A stretch of 64,000 nucleotides of DNA, from IMG/VR virus record IMGVR_UViG_3300005588_000005. One strand, 5' to 3'. Source of the DNA: an uncultured virus (IMG/VR IMGVR_UViG_3300005588_000005). Lineage: Duplodnaviria; Heunggongvirae; Uroviricota; Caudoviricetes. The notes beneath the pieces were generated by a model that did no database searches, had not been told where the DNA came from, and saw only the letters and a list, made by a program, of their open reading frames with translations. The stretch's first letter is position 1; each line of letters starts with the position of its first letter. Below, piece by piece: positions 18,943 through 30,600 of this stretch. A program made the translations under genes and the position numbers.

Positions 18943-19173
18943 TCAGCACCGAAAAATCATGTCTTTATCATGGCCACTGTTGTGAATCGCATTCAACGCG
19001 GCTTGCTCCGACTCATCGCCATGCGTCTTGTCTAGCTCGTGCTTGAACACAAGTGCTAAATGACGCTTGATCGTTTCGCATTGCTTGCGTGTCATCGTGC
19101 CGGGGTGCTCTGAGTCCCCTTCAGTCAGTTCAAAGTGACCTTGCAACCAGTAGCAGAATTCAGAGGCTTTCAT
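18943..19173 (-). CDS. Conserved-looking small phage protein
   Basis: MKASEFCYWLQGHFEL...IKRHLALVFKHE. Confidence 0.75.
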   Translation of the reverse strand: MKASEFCYWLQGHFELTEGDSEHPGTMTRKQCETIKRHLALVFKHELDKTHGDESEQAALNAIHNSGHDKDMIFRC

Positions 19174-19184
19174 ATTACTTCCCT

Positions 19185-19565
19185 AGTTAAAATGCCGCCG
19201 CTCCCCGCGGGCCACGGATCAACACGGCGGCTATCGCAATTGCTTGCCCTGGTCAGCTTGGACAATTCAGGTCGACCAACTCCTATCCGCTCTTGCGGAC
19301 CATTAAATTTCGCGGACTGTCCAACCGCTGAGGCTCAGTCTCTCTCGCTAACACGCCGCTCCAACCCCGGCGCGAGGAATGCGATCTGCCCTAGCCGTAC
19401 GTCCCTTGCTGTTGCGGCGGTACTCGATCGAGTGGCCAACTCGACATTTCCCACACGAGTCCTGTGTCGTCGAGCGGAACGTGCTTCACCTCATGCCATG
19501 AAAGATCTCCTTCATGGGCACCCCACGTCATCACTCGGCGAATGATCCAGACTATGAACACTACG
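19185..19565 (-). ncRNA. Candidate large structured non-coding RNA
   Basis: No sense ORF across ~400 nt; many nested inverted repeats whose mismatches read as G-U on the minus strand. Confidence 0.5.
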
Positions 19566-19580
19566 ATTTCTCACTCAATA

Positions 19581-19769
19581 CTAGCTTTCTTGAACAAGTT
19601 TTGACGTAAGCCAAGACACATTGCTGATACGCCTACCCGGTGGCATCCGCTGGAATGCTTCGTAGGCGATCTTCAGTTCCTTGATTTCGTCACTTGGTTC
19701 AACGTGAATTTCCTTCGCTGGCTCCTTCCAGGCCTTCCGTGGAATCAGCAACACACCGTGGTAACTCAT
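19581..19769 (-). CDS. Hypothetical protein
   Basis: MSYHGVLLIPRK..., start overlaps the upstream stop. Confidence 0.5.
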   Translation of the reverse strand: MSYHGVLLIPRKAWKEPAKEIHVEPSDEIKELKIAYEAFQRMPPGRRISNVSWLTSKLVQES

Positions 19770-19996
19770 CGTTTTTCCCTCTCGTAAATAGCGATAGCCT
19801 GCTGAGCCTCGATCCATCCAGCACGAAACGAATCCCGGTATTGTCCAACTTCCGGGTAACCAACCCCACAAACACAACAACACCATCCAGCCAGAAACGC
19901 TTGGATGTACGGGAAATTACCAGCGGAAGATTCATCCCACCGTTTCGACACAACCGCAAAACGGATCATTGCCAGTTCGATTGTCGGTTCGTTCAT
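19766..19996 (-). CDS. Hypothetical protein
   Basis: MNEPTIEL...FRAGW; purine-rich RBS. Confidence 0.55.
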   Translation of the reverse strand: MNEPTIELAMIRFAVVSKRWDESSAGNFPYIQAFLAGWCCCVCGVGYPEVGQYRDSFRAGWIEAQQAIAIYEREKR

Positions 19997-20063
19997 CTCT
20001 TCCTCGTGGTTATTTATCTGTCGGTACGGTGAATACAACCAACCGACTCCCCGCCGCGAGCTA

Positions 20064-20291
20064 CTACTTTCTCTCCATCAAAAGCTTTCCAAACGCGCCT
20101 GAAATCACTCCGAGTACACATGCTGGAACATAAATCCAGTAAAGCACCCATGACCAGGATGGAATAGCGTCGCCCAACGCTGTGAGCACTTGAAAAAGCA
20201 AGATCAGCCAGATTGGGCCAGTGATAAGCAATTGCCAAATACTCATCAGGCAGCCAACCGTCTCAGTTCCGCTCAATTCTTTTCCACTCAT
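20064..20291 (-). CDS. Small two-TM membrane protein
   Basis: MSGKELS...IWQLLITGPIWLILLFQVL...WVLYWIYVP. Confidence 0.65.
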   Translation of the reverse strand: MSGKELSGTETVGCLMSIWQLLITGPIWLILLFQVLTALGDAIPSWSWVLYWIYVPACVLGVISGAFGKLLMERK

Positions 20292-20312
20292 GTGACAACA
20301 TTCCCAATTTAG

Positions 20313-20451
20313 AAAACGCCCGCCGTGTCGCTTGGCAGTCGGCTGTGCGAGGGCACAAAGACACGACACGACGGGCCTGGATTATTTGGCGAGTTGTTGG
20401 CCGACTGCCGATCAGCGTTGGTGATAATAGCGGGCGGGCTCATGATGTCAA
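20313..20451 (-). promoter_or_regulatory. Sigma70-type promoter followed by an attenuator-like leader
   Basis: TTGACA (20451-20446), 16 bp, TATTAT (20429-20424); terminator 20318-20330/20364-20376; competing 10-bp pair 20334-20343/20400-20409. Confidence 0.65.
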
Positions 20452-20492
20452 GTTTTTGCTTCGCTCATCTCTTCTCCCAGACAACAAGAAAG

Positions 20493-20792
20493 CTACAGGG
20501 TTTTGATCCGGTCGATCAGTTCGCGAAACTCAGAGGAACGCTTCTCCGGACGATGCACCAATTTCAGCTGCTGCTCATACACTTCGTAGGACAGGTCAAC
20601 CTTCATGGTGCCTCCCATGTTCCTTTCCACTGCAACAATCACGCTGTCGCAGATCTGATCTTGTTTAACAACCCCTTCCGTGCCGTTGATAAAACCACCG
20701 TCATAAAAGCTCTGAAGTGACCACACTTTCACGATGTCGCCAGCCTTGTACCGTCTTTCTGGTTTAGCCGAAGACGGCTTTGCCGATGTCAC
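20493..20792 (-). CDS. Hypothetical protein (SH3/KOW-like)
   Basis: RYKAGDIVKV...GTEGVV; GTG start overlaps the upstream TAG. Confidence 0.55.
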   Translation of the reverse strand: MTSAKPSSAKPERRYKAGDIVKVWSLQSFYDGGFINGTEGVVKQDQICDSVIVAVERNMGGTMKVDLSYEVYEQQLKLVHRPEKRSSEFRELIDRIKTL

Positions 20793-21064
20793 TATTCGAC
20801 ACAAACGGTAACTTTTCTCTTCCGCCGATCGGCGCCGTCCGAAAATCCACATGGGTTCTCACCTGTTTTCAATTGTTGACTTTTGTACTTGAAAGGGTTG
20901 CTCGTTTCCGGATAGGCGATCCTGCGTCCGGCCATTCGTTTCCACTCCAAGCGGTTTGTTGCAGGGTTCAGATCATCGTAGAAGCAACTCCGACAATAAG
21001 CCGGAATCGCTTCTAGCAGAGCTTGTCGCATGGGACGAGTCACCGCTTTCGGCCGGTTTGTCAT
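20792..21064 (-). CDS. Hypothetical protein
   Basis: 90-aa ORF. Confidence 0.5.
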   Translation of the reverse strand: MTNRPKAVTRPMRQALLEAIPAYCRSCFYDDLNPATNRLEWKRMAGRRIAYPETSNPFKYKSQQLKTGENPCGFSDGADRRKRKVTVCVE

Positions 21065-21362
21065 ACCGGCGAGGATCGCATTTATTCCGTCTGAATCCTG
21101 GGGCGTACCCTACTCCTTGACGGCCGACTTTTGACCAAAGCCCGGAGTTGCTAAAGCACGACTTTGGGAACATCAACCCGTTTACACGCCAACGGGAAGG
21201 CGACTTTTTGTCCGGCGCCCCATGCTCTCGGGACGTGGATCCGGCATTCGTTCCCGCGTTGCTCTCGACAACTTAGACGACAGGGAGACTTGCCGTTGAT
21301 CGGTCGTGTTCAAACAAAAAAACCGCACTCACCCAGCAGGATGAATGCGGCTTAACAGGAAT

Positions 21363-21450
21363 AAAAAAATCCACGTCCGACTGATTGAAGACGTGGATTG
21401 TGTTTTTCGGAGTATTTCAGAAAAACGGTTTGGATCATCGTAATCAGTCT
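21363..21450 (-). promoter_or_regulatory. Terminator whose loop is complementary to upstream sequence
   Basis: AATCCACGTC/GACGTGGATT plus T-run; loop GACTGATT (21379-21386) pairs with AATCAGTC (21442-21449). Confidence 0.55.
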
Positions 21451-21530
21451 GGTTGTAAGGTACTCCACCGGTCCCGATGGAGTCATTTCAGTGATAGGTC
21501 GCCGGCGGAAAACGTTCCACCGACGGCATG

Positions 21531-21559
21531 ACTTTAGAAGCCCGAAAGTTGCGTGTCAA
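21531..21559 (-). promoter_or_regulatory. Sigma70-type promoter for the accessory operon
   Basis: TTGACA, 17 bp, TAAAGT, immediately followed by a GC-rich hairpin (21501-21524). Confidence 0.65.
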
Positions 21560-21570
21560 TGTTTTTGCCC

Positions 21571-21602
21571 AAAAAAAGAACCCGGACAAAACGCCCGGGT
21601 CC
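21571..21602 (-). terminator. Terminator of the virion operon
   Basis: GGACCCGGGCGTTTTGTCCGGGTTCTTTTTTT just after the giant gene. Confidence 0.75.
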
Positions 21603-21628
21603 AATTCAACTGGTAGGTAGCGGGCAAA

Positions 21629-24600
21629 TCATAGCGTGTTTTCCCGGCGAAGTCGCTGGAACAGCTGATACCTTTCCATTTCTGCGGAATGTTCCGCCCA
21701 GGTCTCCTTTTTCGGATCCCACTTCGGTCGTGGCAGCGCTTTTGCGCCATCCTTGTAACGTTTCGTTTCCTTGGCATTCCGGATCGCCTCCTGAATAACC
21801 GGGCTATCGCTGTGTTCCATCAGCCACAACCGGTTTGCCTTGACCATCGCTTCGTATTCACGCAATCGCTGACGCAAGGGCTTTTCATCCGTGTCTTTTG
21901 CCGGAATGTCGTACAACGCAACTGCCGGTTCCGTCATCCTGTTGACCTTCGCCACGAGCATCTTGTGAAGTGGTTCGGGGAGCGGGTCGGTCGTGGTGAA
22001 CGGATTCGGAGAATGTTCCAACGGAGGCCGGCCGAGCGCGTCCCGGGCAATGCCGTTGATGTACGGCTCGTATTCGAACGTCCGGGCGCCACCAGACTCC
22101 TTCGGTTCCACCTTTCGGATACCCGACATGACGCCCTGCGCATCAGAAAGAACGTGGAATCGATGTTCAATCGGGGCGATTTCTTCGGCATACCGCTTGT
22201 TGTACGCCTCCAATTCGGCTTCGTTCTGGGGTTCGCCAAGCTCAGAAGCCTTCAGGTCGATCATCTGCTCTAACCGCGAGGCTTCTTCGTAGACGTCATT
22301 CACCGAACCGGACTGGAAGAATCCTTTGTAAATCGCACGCATCCCGGGAACCACGTCGCGCGGACCGATCTTCCGCTTGGGGACATCCGCCAAATCCTGA
22401 TTCCCCATCTTTTCGCCAATGACGCCGACCGTTCCTTCTGCGAATCGCCCCCAACGTGAATACGCGCCACCGCTGGCCGAATTCATGAAGTGCTCGAATT
22501 GCAGCGGGCTCATCCCGACCGACTTCCCAAGCTGATACCCCGCCTCATCGCTCATTTTCAACGTGTAGGGAGAGGTGCGCAGCGATTTATGCTTCCCCTT
22601 CAGGTAATCCGCCTCGATCGCCCGTTGCCGAAAATGGTCGTAATTCATCCAGACTTCTGCAGCGCCGCGGAGAGGACCGCCGCCGGTGGAGACTTTCCCC
22701 TTCAGGTCCCGAAGCATCGTGTCGGTCAGGTCACTTCCCTTGTCGGCCAATTCAACTTCATACAGTTTTGCGACGGCCGCTTCGATCAGATTGAAGACGA
22801 TGGCGGTGTCCCGGGGCTTCGGGATGGTGATGTCGGTCACACCGTCGGAGCCAAACGTGAAGAATCGGTCCCGGTCATGCGACTCCAATTCCTGGTAATC
22901 CTCGTCGTCGACACGATCCAGGGCATACCAAATAGCCGCTGGAATCATTGCCGTCATGTAGGCGATGGTGTTGAAAAGCTCCTTTTTCCGCTCGGCGGTT
23001 CCCATGTTCTTGATCTGCTTCGCCGTTCGGTAGTGTGCCTGAATCGACGCGTTGAAGAACGGCAAGAAAACGTCGATCACGCGAGCGGTTGACCCGCCAC
23101 GCTTGAAGTTGACGGTCGCTTCGGCGCCGGCACTCATCATTTCTATCCGGATCTGTTCCGGCAGAGCTTTCACCGGCTGCCCTTCGTGAAAAATCTGCTT
23201 GCCTTTGATCGTGTAGCCCTTTGACTTCAGGTACGCCCGCATTTCCGCCAACCGCGGCGGCATGTCGGAGATGGCAATAACGTCCTGCATCCGGTCGACG
23301 ACGTTCATCATCGTTTCTTTCGGGCCGTAAAAGAGCTTTTCGCTCAGCGAACGACGGTGTTTCAGTTTCCGCATTGCACGCCGACGGCCGCGACCGATCG
23401 AATCGATGTCGTATCCGATACGCGATTGCAGGGATCCGCCGCCCTCCTCGTACATTTCAACCAGGAGACTGTTTGTCGGTGCCCATCGATCCATTGGCAA
23501 TCCAACGGATTTCCCGATCTTGTAGACCATCACCGAAAGCAATTCCTCGATCGGTGAAAGGACGGTTTTCGGTCCGACCGTGTACTGACTGCGACTCTGG
23601 AAGGTCAGGTAATCCGAAATCAGGTTGAATAGGCCGAATCCGGAACTCATGTTGACAGCACCAGCGCGGAAGATCTTCGTCGACGCTTTCAGCATGTTCA
23701 GCCACGCCGGAAGGTTCTCACGTCGCATCCCCGTTGCAAGTTCGTAAAGGTTCCTTTCCAGCGAGAACATCCGGTTTTTGCCGTCGCGATCGCGGACAAC
23801 GATCGTTGCCTTCTGCTGGTTCGGAGTCCAGTCCGACCGCCAAAGGGTGATCAGATTCATGATGTCCGGAGTGTTCATCACGACAACATCAGCCATAGAC
23901 CAGAAATCATCGCTCTTTGGATCCAGTCCGTGGCGCTTAGCGAAACTGTCGATCCGTGCCTGGCTCACGTTCGTTCCGAGCCGGATGTCCCGAGCAAACT
24001 TCAGGTCCTCGGCGAATTCCGGGGTGACGATCTTGTTTTCGGTCAGCCCCCGAAGTGCTTCCTCGATCGCAAACGTGAACGATGTGCTTCCTGGGGCGAC
24101 TTCATCACCCCAAACGCCCATGCCTTCAGCACCCAACAAGTTCTGAACCAGAATATCCGACACGCGGTACCGCGCTGCCGAACTGTAGGCTTGCTGAATC
24201 TTCCGCATGAGCGATTCCACCGGGTGCAGAATCGGCCGATCGCTACCCTCGCGTGATCGGGCAAGTAGCGACTTGGGAAGGTTGACGAACGATCGGGCGC
24301 CGGCCTTTTTGAAATCGTCGTCGCTCGCGCGCATCAGCGAGAACATGTTGTCGCCGTAGTACTCCCGGATGTTGTCCGCGTCCTTCTTGGTCAATTCGCC
24401 GGCATCCACACGCATTTCAAGGATGTCGTCAAGGATCTCCGAGATTCGCAAAGCGTACCGGTCGTATTTGGCAACCTCCTCATCACTCAACCCTGCAATG
24501 AAGTCTTTGGCAACTTCCGGATCAATCCCGGAGTTGTACGGGCCTGTGCCTCGCTCCTTCCGCTTTTCCTGCATGAACAACGTGTGTTTCGCGTAGGAAT

Positions 24601-27600
24601 AGGCGATTGCCTTGTCTTCTTCTTCTGCGTTGTCAACGAGCTCCGCCAGGCTGAAAACTCCATGTTTGCCGATGGGCTCGAGAGTCCGGATCGAATGCAA
24701 TCCGTTTTCGAACGCTTTTGACGCATGGCTTCCGGCACTCATCAGGTAGACCAAGTAGGCCTGTTCGATGCCAACCCCCTCGTATCCCTTTTTCTTCGCA
24801 AACCGCTCGATGTCCTTCAGGACGCGGGATTCGTCGACAAATTCACGAATTCCGTTGAAGGAGATTTGGCCAAACCGCTCCCGGGCCCGTTGCCAGCGAT
24901 CCAGGTCCTGACCCGTCCGGCCGACCTGCGAGAGGATTTGATCTTCGGGCGTCATCCGATCGTATTGTCGAACGTGCTGAATCGCCTGTGCCATCGCAGG
25001 TCCGAACACCGGATGGGTCAACACTTCGTCGTGAACCCATGCGATTGCCTTGGCGTGCGAAGCGCCTTCGGTGTGCGTCCCGGTGAGGATGTGCCGGAAT
25101 GCTTCGGCGATCCCTTCGGAAACGTCACCACCATCACGACTGGCTTTGCGGGTGTTGTCATAATCCAGGTCTTTTAACTGGGTCAGAACGATAGAATGTC
25201 CGATCGGGTCGACGCGACGGAAAGCCCGCAGTCTCGCGCGAAGGTCCATTTTCCGATCGATGTGGTGGGCGATCTCGTGTGAATCAACCAACAGATCCAA
25301 GTTATTGGATTCCCGGAGTCGAACGATTTCAGGTGCAATCCGACCATCGATCGATTTGTACGTTCCCAGCGTCTTGCGTTTTGTTTTGCCAGAACGCATC
25401 GGAACGTCGAATAACCGGTGCCACGTTTTGACGATGTCACCGCGGCGGATGATATTCGCCTTTCGGGCGTTTTTCGGCATCGGCCCCAGTTTCCGACGCT
25501 TAGCGTTGATCATCTGCTCGGCGTAATCGTTGGACCGGTTCTTCGGCCGGTTCACTTCGATGATCGCGTGACCGTTCTCCATCAAGTGATTGAGAACGGG
25601 CGTCGGGTTGTCCATCGGAATGAAATACCTCGTCCGGTATCCGATTCGTCGTGAGAACACGCCTGTCGGCTGCAATACGGTGAAATCGCTGTCGGTGGGC
25701 CCTTCCAGTTCCATCATCTGTTCGCCTTCAACAGACGACATCCGGACCTTCCACCCGCCGGCGAGCTTCAGGTTCCCGCCGCGACCAACGATTGCAGCTG
25801 CTTCGCCCGCGTCCATTTGCGGACCGTCGTACGTCATCCCCAGGTTCGCGAGGGTGTCGGAAAGATCTTCTTGGTCGATGACCCGTCCTAGAATCTGCTC
25901 GCCATCCTCAGTCAGAGCCCGTTTGATCTTCGGGTTTGAATCGGGAAGGTTGTTCCAGACCGGAAGCAACGCGCCGGTGATCAGGTGCATTTCCTTTTCG
26001 ACAAAACCAGGATGCTTCTCTACCTCCGCATTCCACAGGGCAGCCCCTTCTTGTTGTGAGACTTCCCGCCAGTTGTCCGTGTTCTTGTAGTTGTCGAGCT
26101 TGGACAAACGCTGGCTTTCTACTCCCGATTGCCGTCCCATCGGATGGTATCGCCCTGCGGAGTCTTGAACGGTTGCCTTGGCGTCCGACACCAGGAACAC
26201 TTTGCCGGTTTTCTTGCTGACGAAGTATCCAAACAAGTCCTTCCCGTAATTCTTCTGGGCGACGTCCAGCGATCGGACAGAGACGGGTTCTTTGACGCTG
26301 ATTACAACGTGTTTGGTGATCGCTCCGGTCGAATGGACGTTTGCGACTTCTTCGGAAACCTTCTTGGTTCCAACCGATCGGATCGTTTCCAGCCCTTGGT
26401 CCAGCGTATCGTTTGCGATCGCGGCTTCGACGATCTCGTTCAACCGACGGTCGAATTCTTCGAACAGGACGGCCTGTTCCGATGTCCTCAGGTTGAGAAG
26501 ACGGTTCAGGAACTTTTCCATGTTCGGCATTGACGACAACGCCGAGCCTTCCTTGTTGACGATCTTGAATCCCATGCGGTTTTCAAAGTAGTCCGGATCA
26601 ATACCCTCAATCTTGCCGTCAATCGAATCCTCGAACAATTGACGGAGCGCCCGAGTGGCTTCCGTGCTTTCCAAGTTGTCTTTCGCTGCGAAGACGCCCG
26701 AGTCGCCGGCCTGTCGCTGACCCTTCGTCAACGCGCCAAGCTGGGAGAGACGGCGCGCGATGGTCGAAACAAACCGCTTGTACCCATGCAAGTTGGGTTC
26801 CATCAGTCGCAGGATAGGCGCCGACGACTGGTTCGATCGGTGACCACGCCCAAGACCCTGGACCGCAATGTCCGCTCGCCAACCCGCTTGAAACAGGTAA
26901 TGCGATCGCTGCTGCTGGTTCTCCTTAGTTCGGTCGGCATGGTAGCTGGCACCGGTCCCGCCGGCTTCGCTGAAGATAAGAATCCGTTTCTTACCGTTCA
27001 TGAAGTCCTCTTTGTCCTTTCCGGTGGCATTCTTACCACGTTTCTCCACAGCCACCTCGCCGTTCTTGTCTACCAGACGTTGGCGACGACCAGTAATCTC
27101 GGCGACGTTCTTGGCTCCGAAATGGTTGATGATCTCGTCCAGCGCCGACCGGTTGCTGATCGGTAGCCTGGAAACACGATCGATTAACGCGTCACGCATC
27201 GCCACCGCGCGAGGGTCGACGATTTTTTTCCCGGTCTCCCGATCCAGTGCCGGCCGGGTCTGCTCGTTCCCGTTGTCATCGGTGAAAGTCTCGTGAACGT
27301 GGATCGGGAACGCCTTTTCGAGCAATTCGATTAGGACGTAGGCAGGAGACACGTCGACGTCTTCCAGCGATTGATCCTTTTTCAATCGCGACATCGCTCG
27401 TTCGGTTGCCGCCTCGCCGGTCGACGTCAATTGGATCAAAACGGACTTGTCATTCTTCATATCCGTTTCGATGTTCTTGATCAGAGTCGGAACCATCATC
27501 GACATGACAACGGAATTCCAGAACCGCTGATTTTTAGACCAGAATTGCGACATGATGAACGAACGGCCGTTGGTGTTGTTCGTCAGTTCCAACGCTTCTT

Positions 27601-30600
27601 CGATGTTGTCCAGAACCGAAATCCACGCGTCGGACGCTGCGTCATACCCACGGGTCTGATCTTCGGTCAGATTGTGCTCGACGCGGTCGAACGTCACTGT
27701 CCCCTCTTTTGTCCCGTCGTCAAACGCAAGGTTTCTTGACGTGTAAAGGCCCATCGCCTTCATATCCGACGCAACGACTTCCATTGACGCGACGCCGCCG
27801 GACGTGATCCTGTCGATGAACGACTTGGCGTCCGCGAATTGTGTTCCCGGGCCCCACAATCCGAGACGTGGCGCATAGGCAAGGTTGGCAACTTCAGTAG
27901 CTGACGTCGCACTCATGTAGACGACACGGGCATTCGGTAAACGCTCCTGAAGCGCCAGGCCAGCTTTTGCCGTCTGAGAAGGCTCTTTTGCCACACGCCC
28001 GCTTCCTTTATCGCTTCCGATCGCATTGCCCATCTTGTGGGCTTCGTCGAACACGATAACGCCGTCGAAGTCTTCGCCGAGCCAATTCACAAGCTGATCG
28101 ACACGCGACGGCTTGTCTTCACCGGATTCTCGCGGGATTGTCCCGTACGTGGAAAATAGGATGCCCTGCGTGTTACCGATCGGTTCGCCAAGCTTCGTGT
28201 TCTTGTGAGACAAGACGTCATTCGGATCGCCACCGACACGCTCCCATTCCTCTTTCGCTTGGCCGAGAAGATCGAAGTTCTTGGAAATCCAAACGGCTTT
28301 CTTCCGCCCCTGGTTCCAGTTGTCCAGCATGATCCCGGCTGCCTCCCTCGCCTTGCCGACACCCGTCCCGTCCCCTATGGCGTATCCGCGACGAGTCTTC
28401 CCGTCGGGCAATAGCTGCTGGTGGGATTGTCCTGCAGCTGCGATCGCTTCGAGTTGGACGATACTGATCCCAACGTTTTCGCCGTTCTCGTTGGTGTAGC
28501 CTTCGATTACCGATTGGTCGATCGAGGGCGTGTATGTGATCGGCGGAGCGTTGACGGCCGACATCGCCGCGGATTCGACGATCGACGCTGGATGCGCTTG
28601 GCTTCCTTTGACAGTGATCGACGGGGCATACGGTTCGTACGTCGAATCGGAAAGTTCTTCGACTTTCTTCGATTCCGGCGTGATCGGCGTAACGCTTATT
28701 CCTCTCGCAGTAACGCCGTCAGGTACCCGCCCAGTTGTTGACTCTGTTCCTCCGGACTCAGACCGGCCATCGCTTGATTTACCGCGCTTGCCTGTTTTTC
28801 CGGTTCCTCGTCCGGATCGCCCACCACGCTTAGAAGTGCCATCATTTGGACGCTTGGGTCGTCCTCCTTTAGCGCCTCCACCATTTCCAGCGCTTCCCCG
28901 TCCACCGCCAGGCTCGCCAGTTGGAGACTGTGCGTCATCGTTGGATCCGGTGTTTGCTTCAGGGCTGTCAACGCTTCCATCGCCCTCACGTTCAGAGGGT
29001 GTTTGTTCCACATTTCCAGATCGTTCATTTCGAATACCTTCAAGGGTTTGGGCCAATTCCGTCAGAGTGTCGACAGACGCGTTCAACGTCGGGACGTTCG
29101 GATCGGCCGGGATTTTGTCAAACACAAGCAATCGGGTCGGGAACGTGGTTCCATACCCTTTGTAAACATCGCGGTTTACTTCGACGTTCGCACGCACCTG
29201 GTACGGGCTGGAAGCAAGCCATTTGGTCATTCCTTTTGATTGACCGTGGAGCCCGGCGCCGACGATGGCGACCAATCTCCCGCCATCGGGAAGAAGGTCC
29301 AACGCCTGCTGAATCTGCTTCCGGTCGGTTCCGATGATCTTTTTGTTGCCGTGTCGACGCCCCGCGCGAGAGAAAGGCGGGTTCATCACCACGACAGTCG
29401 GACTCACTCGGCCGTTTAACGCCGCTGCGAGGATGTCGGCATCCTGCTTGTGATAGCCCTTGAATCCCAATTCCCGCATCAGAGAAAGACGGTTTTCGTC
29501 AATCTCGTTGGCGTAGACGTCGGCGCCGGCAACCTTACCAAAGACCGCCAACCCACCGACGCCGCCCGACGGTTCCAAGTACACGTCCGTCGGCCGGATG
29601 TTGGCAACCCAGTTGGCAACGTATCCGTAATGCGGCGGAGTGGAAAACTGTTGGAGAGTGTCTTTCTCGCCGGTTCGGGCCCGTTGTCTCGGAACGGTCT
29701 CGAGGAAATCCTGAATCAGTCCGATGACGTTGGCGACGTCGGCAACGCTTCTGGTGGTCAGATCCGCGGCAGAAACCATCTCGGAAACCCGCATGTTGAC
29801 CGCCAGTTCGAGGGCATCGTACGCGCGCGAGTCACCGTAAGTGCCTTGCGCACGGGAACCACCGTACACATCGTCGGCAAGTGAAAAGAACGCTTTGGAG
29901 TCAAAATCGGGCGTTCCGAGCAGTTTGGCCGCTCGCTTGGCCAACGAAATGTCCTGTTGTTGCGGCGACATATCCTTGGTCGATCCGGTCGTCTGCTGCT
30001 GTTCGTCCGGGACGATCGTCAAAACTTCGGAGAATCGACCACCCGGGTCGTCGGTCATGCCGCGCGCATGCGCACGACGCCATGCGCTTTCAAAGTACGG
30101 CACCGCCTTTTGTCGCATCTCGTCGGGAAGCTTGGCGTAAACCTTCTCGGCGAATTCGGCAAACGTCAAAGCCCCGTATTGAAGTTCTTTCAGGGTGTAT
30201 TTGACGGCGATCGTCGCCAACTCCGGATCCAAACCGGTAAGACCCTTGCCCTTGGCTTTGGTGATGAAGTCATTGAACAGGTCGTCCGCCTCTTGCCGGG
30301 CTTTCTTGCGGCGAGCGGAAATCGACGGTTTTTTCTTCTTCGGCTTTTTGGGTGGCTGTGGGCCGATTTTTTTGGTCGGCTTAGGTTTCTTCGGTTTCGG
30401 AGCGGTTTGGGCGTCGAACTCTGCGTCAACAAGCTTATCGATGTCGCTCAGTTCTTCCTCTGGCGCCGCCGGCGTTTCCACCGGCGGCGCTGCAGCTTCG
30501 GGCTGGTCTACTTGCCCTTCGGTTTCTTCTTGCCGCCCTTCTTGGTCCCGCAACCCTTCTTCATTCGAATCACCCCCTCGAGATGTTTGAGGTCCAATTT

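Noticed and set aside
19185..21355. tRNA, tmRNA or RNase P in the non-coding gaps
   Set aside because: No cloverleaf with T-loop and CCA end, and no RNase P core motif recognised by eye
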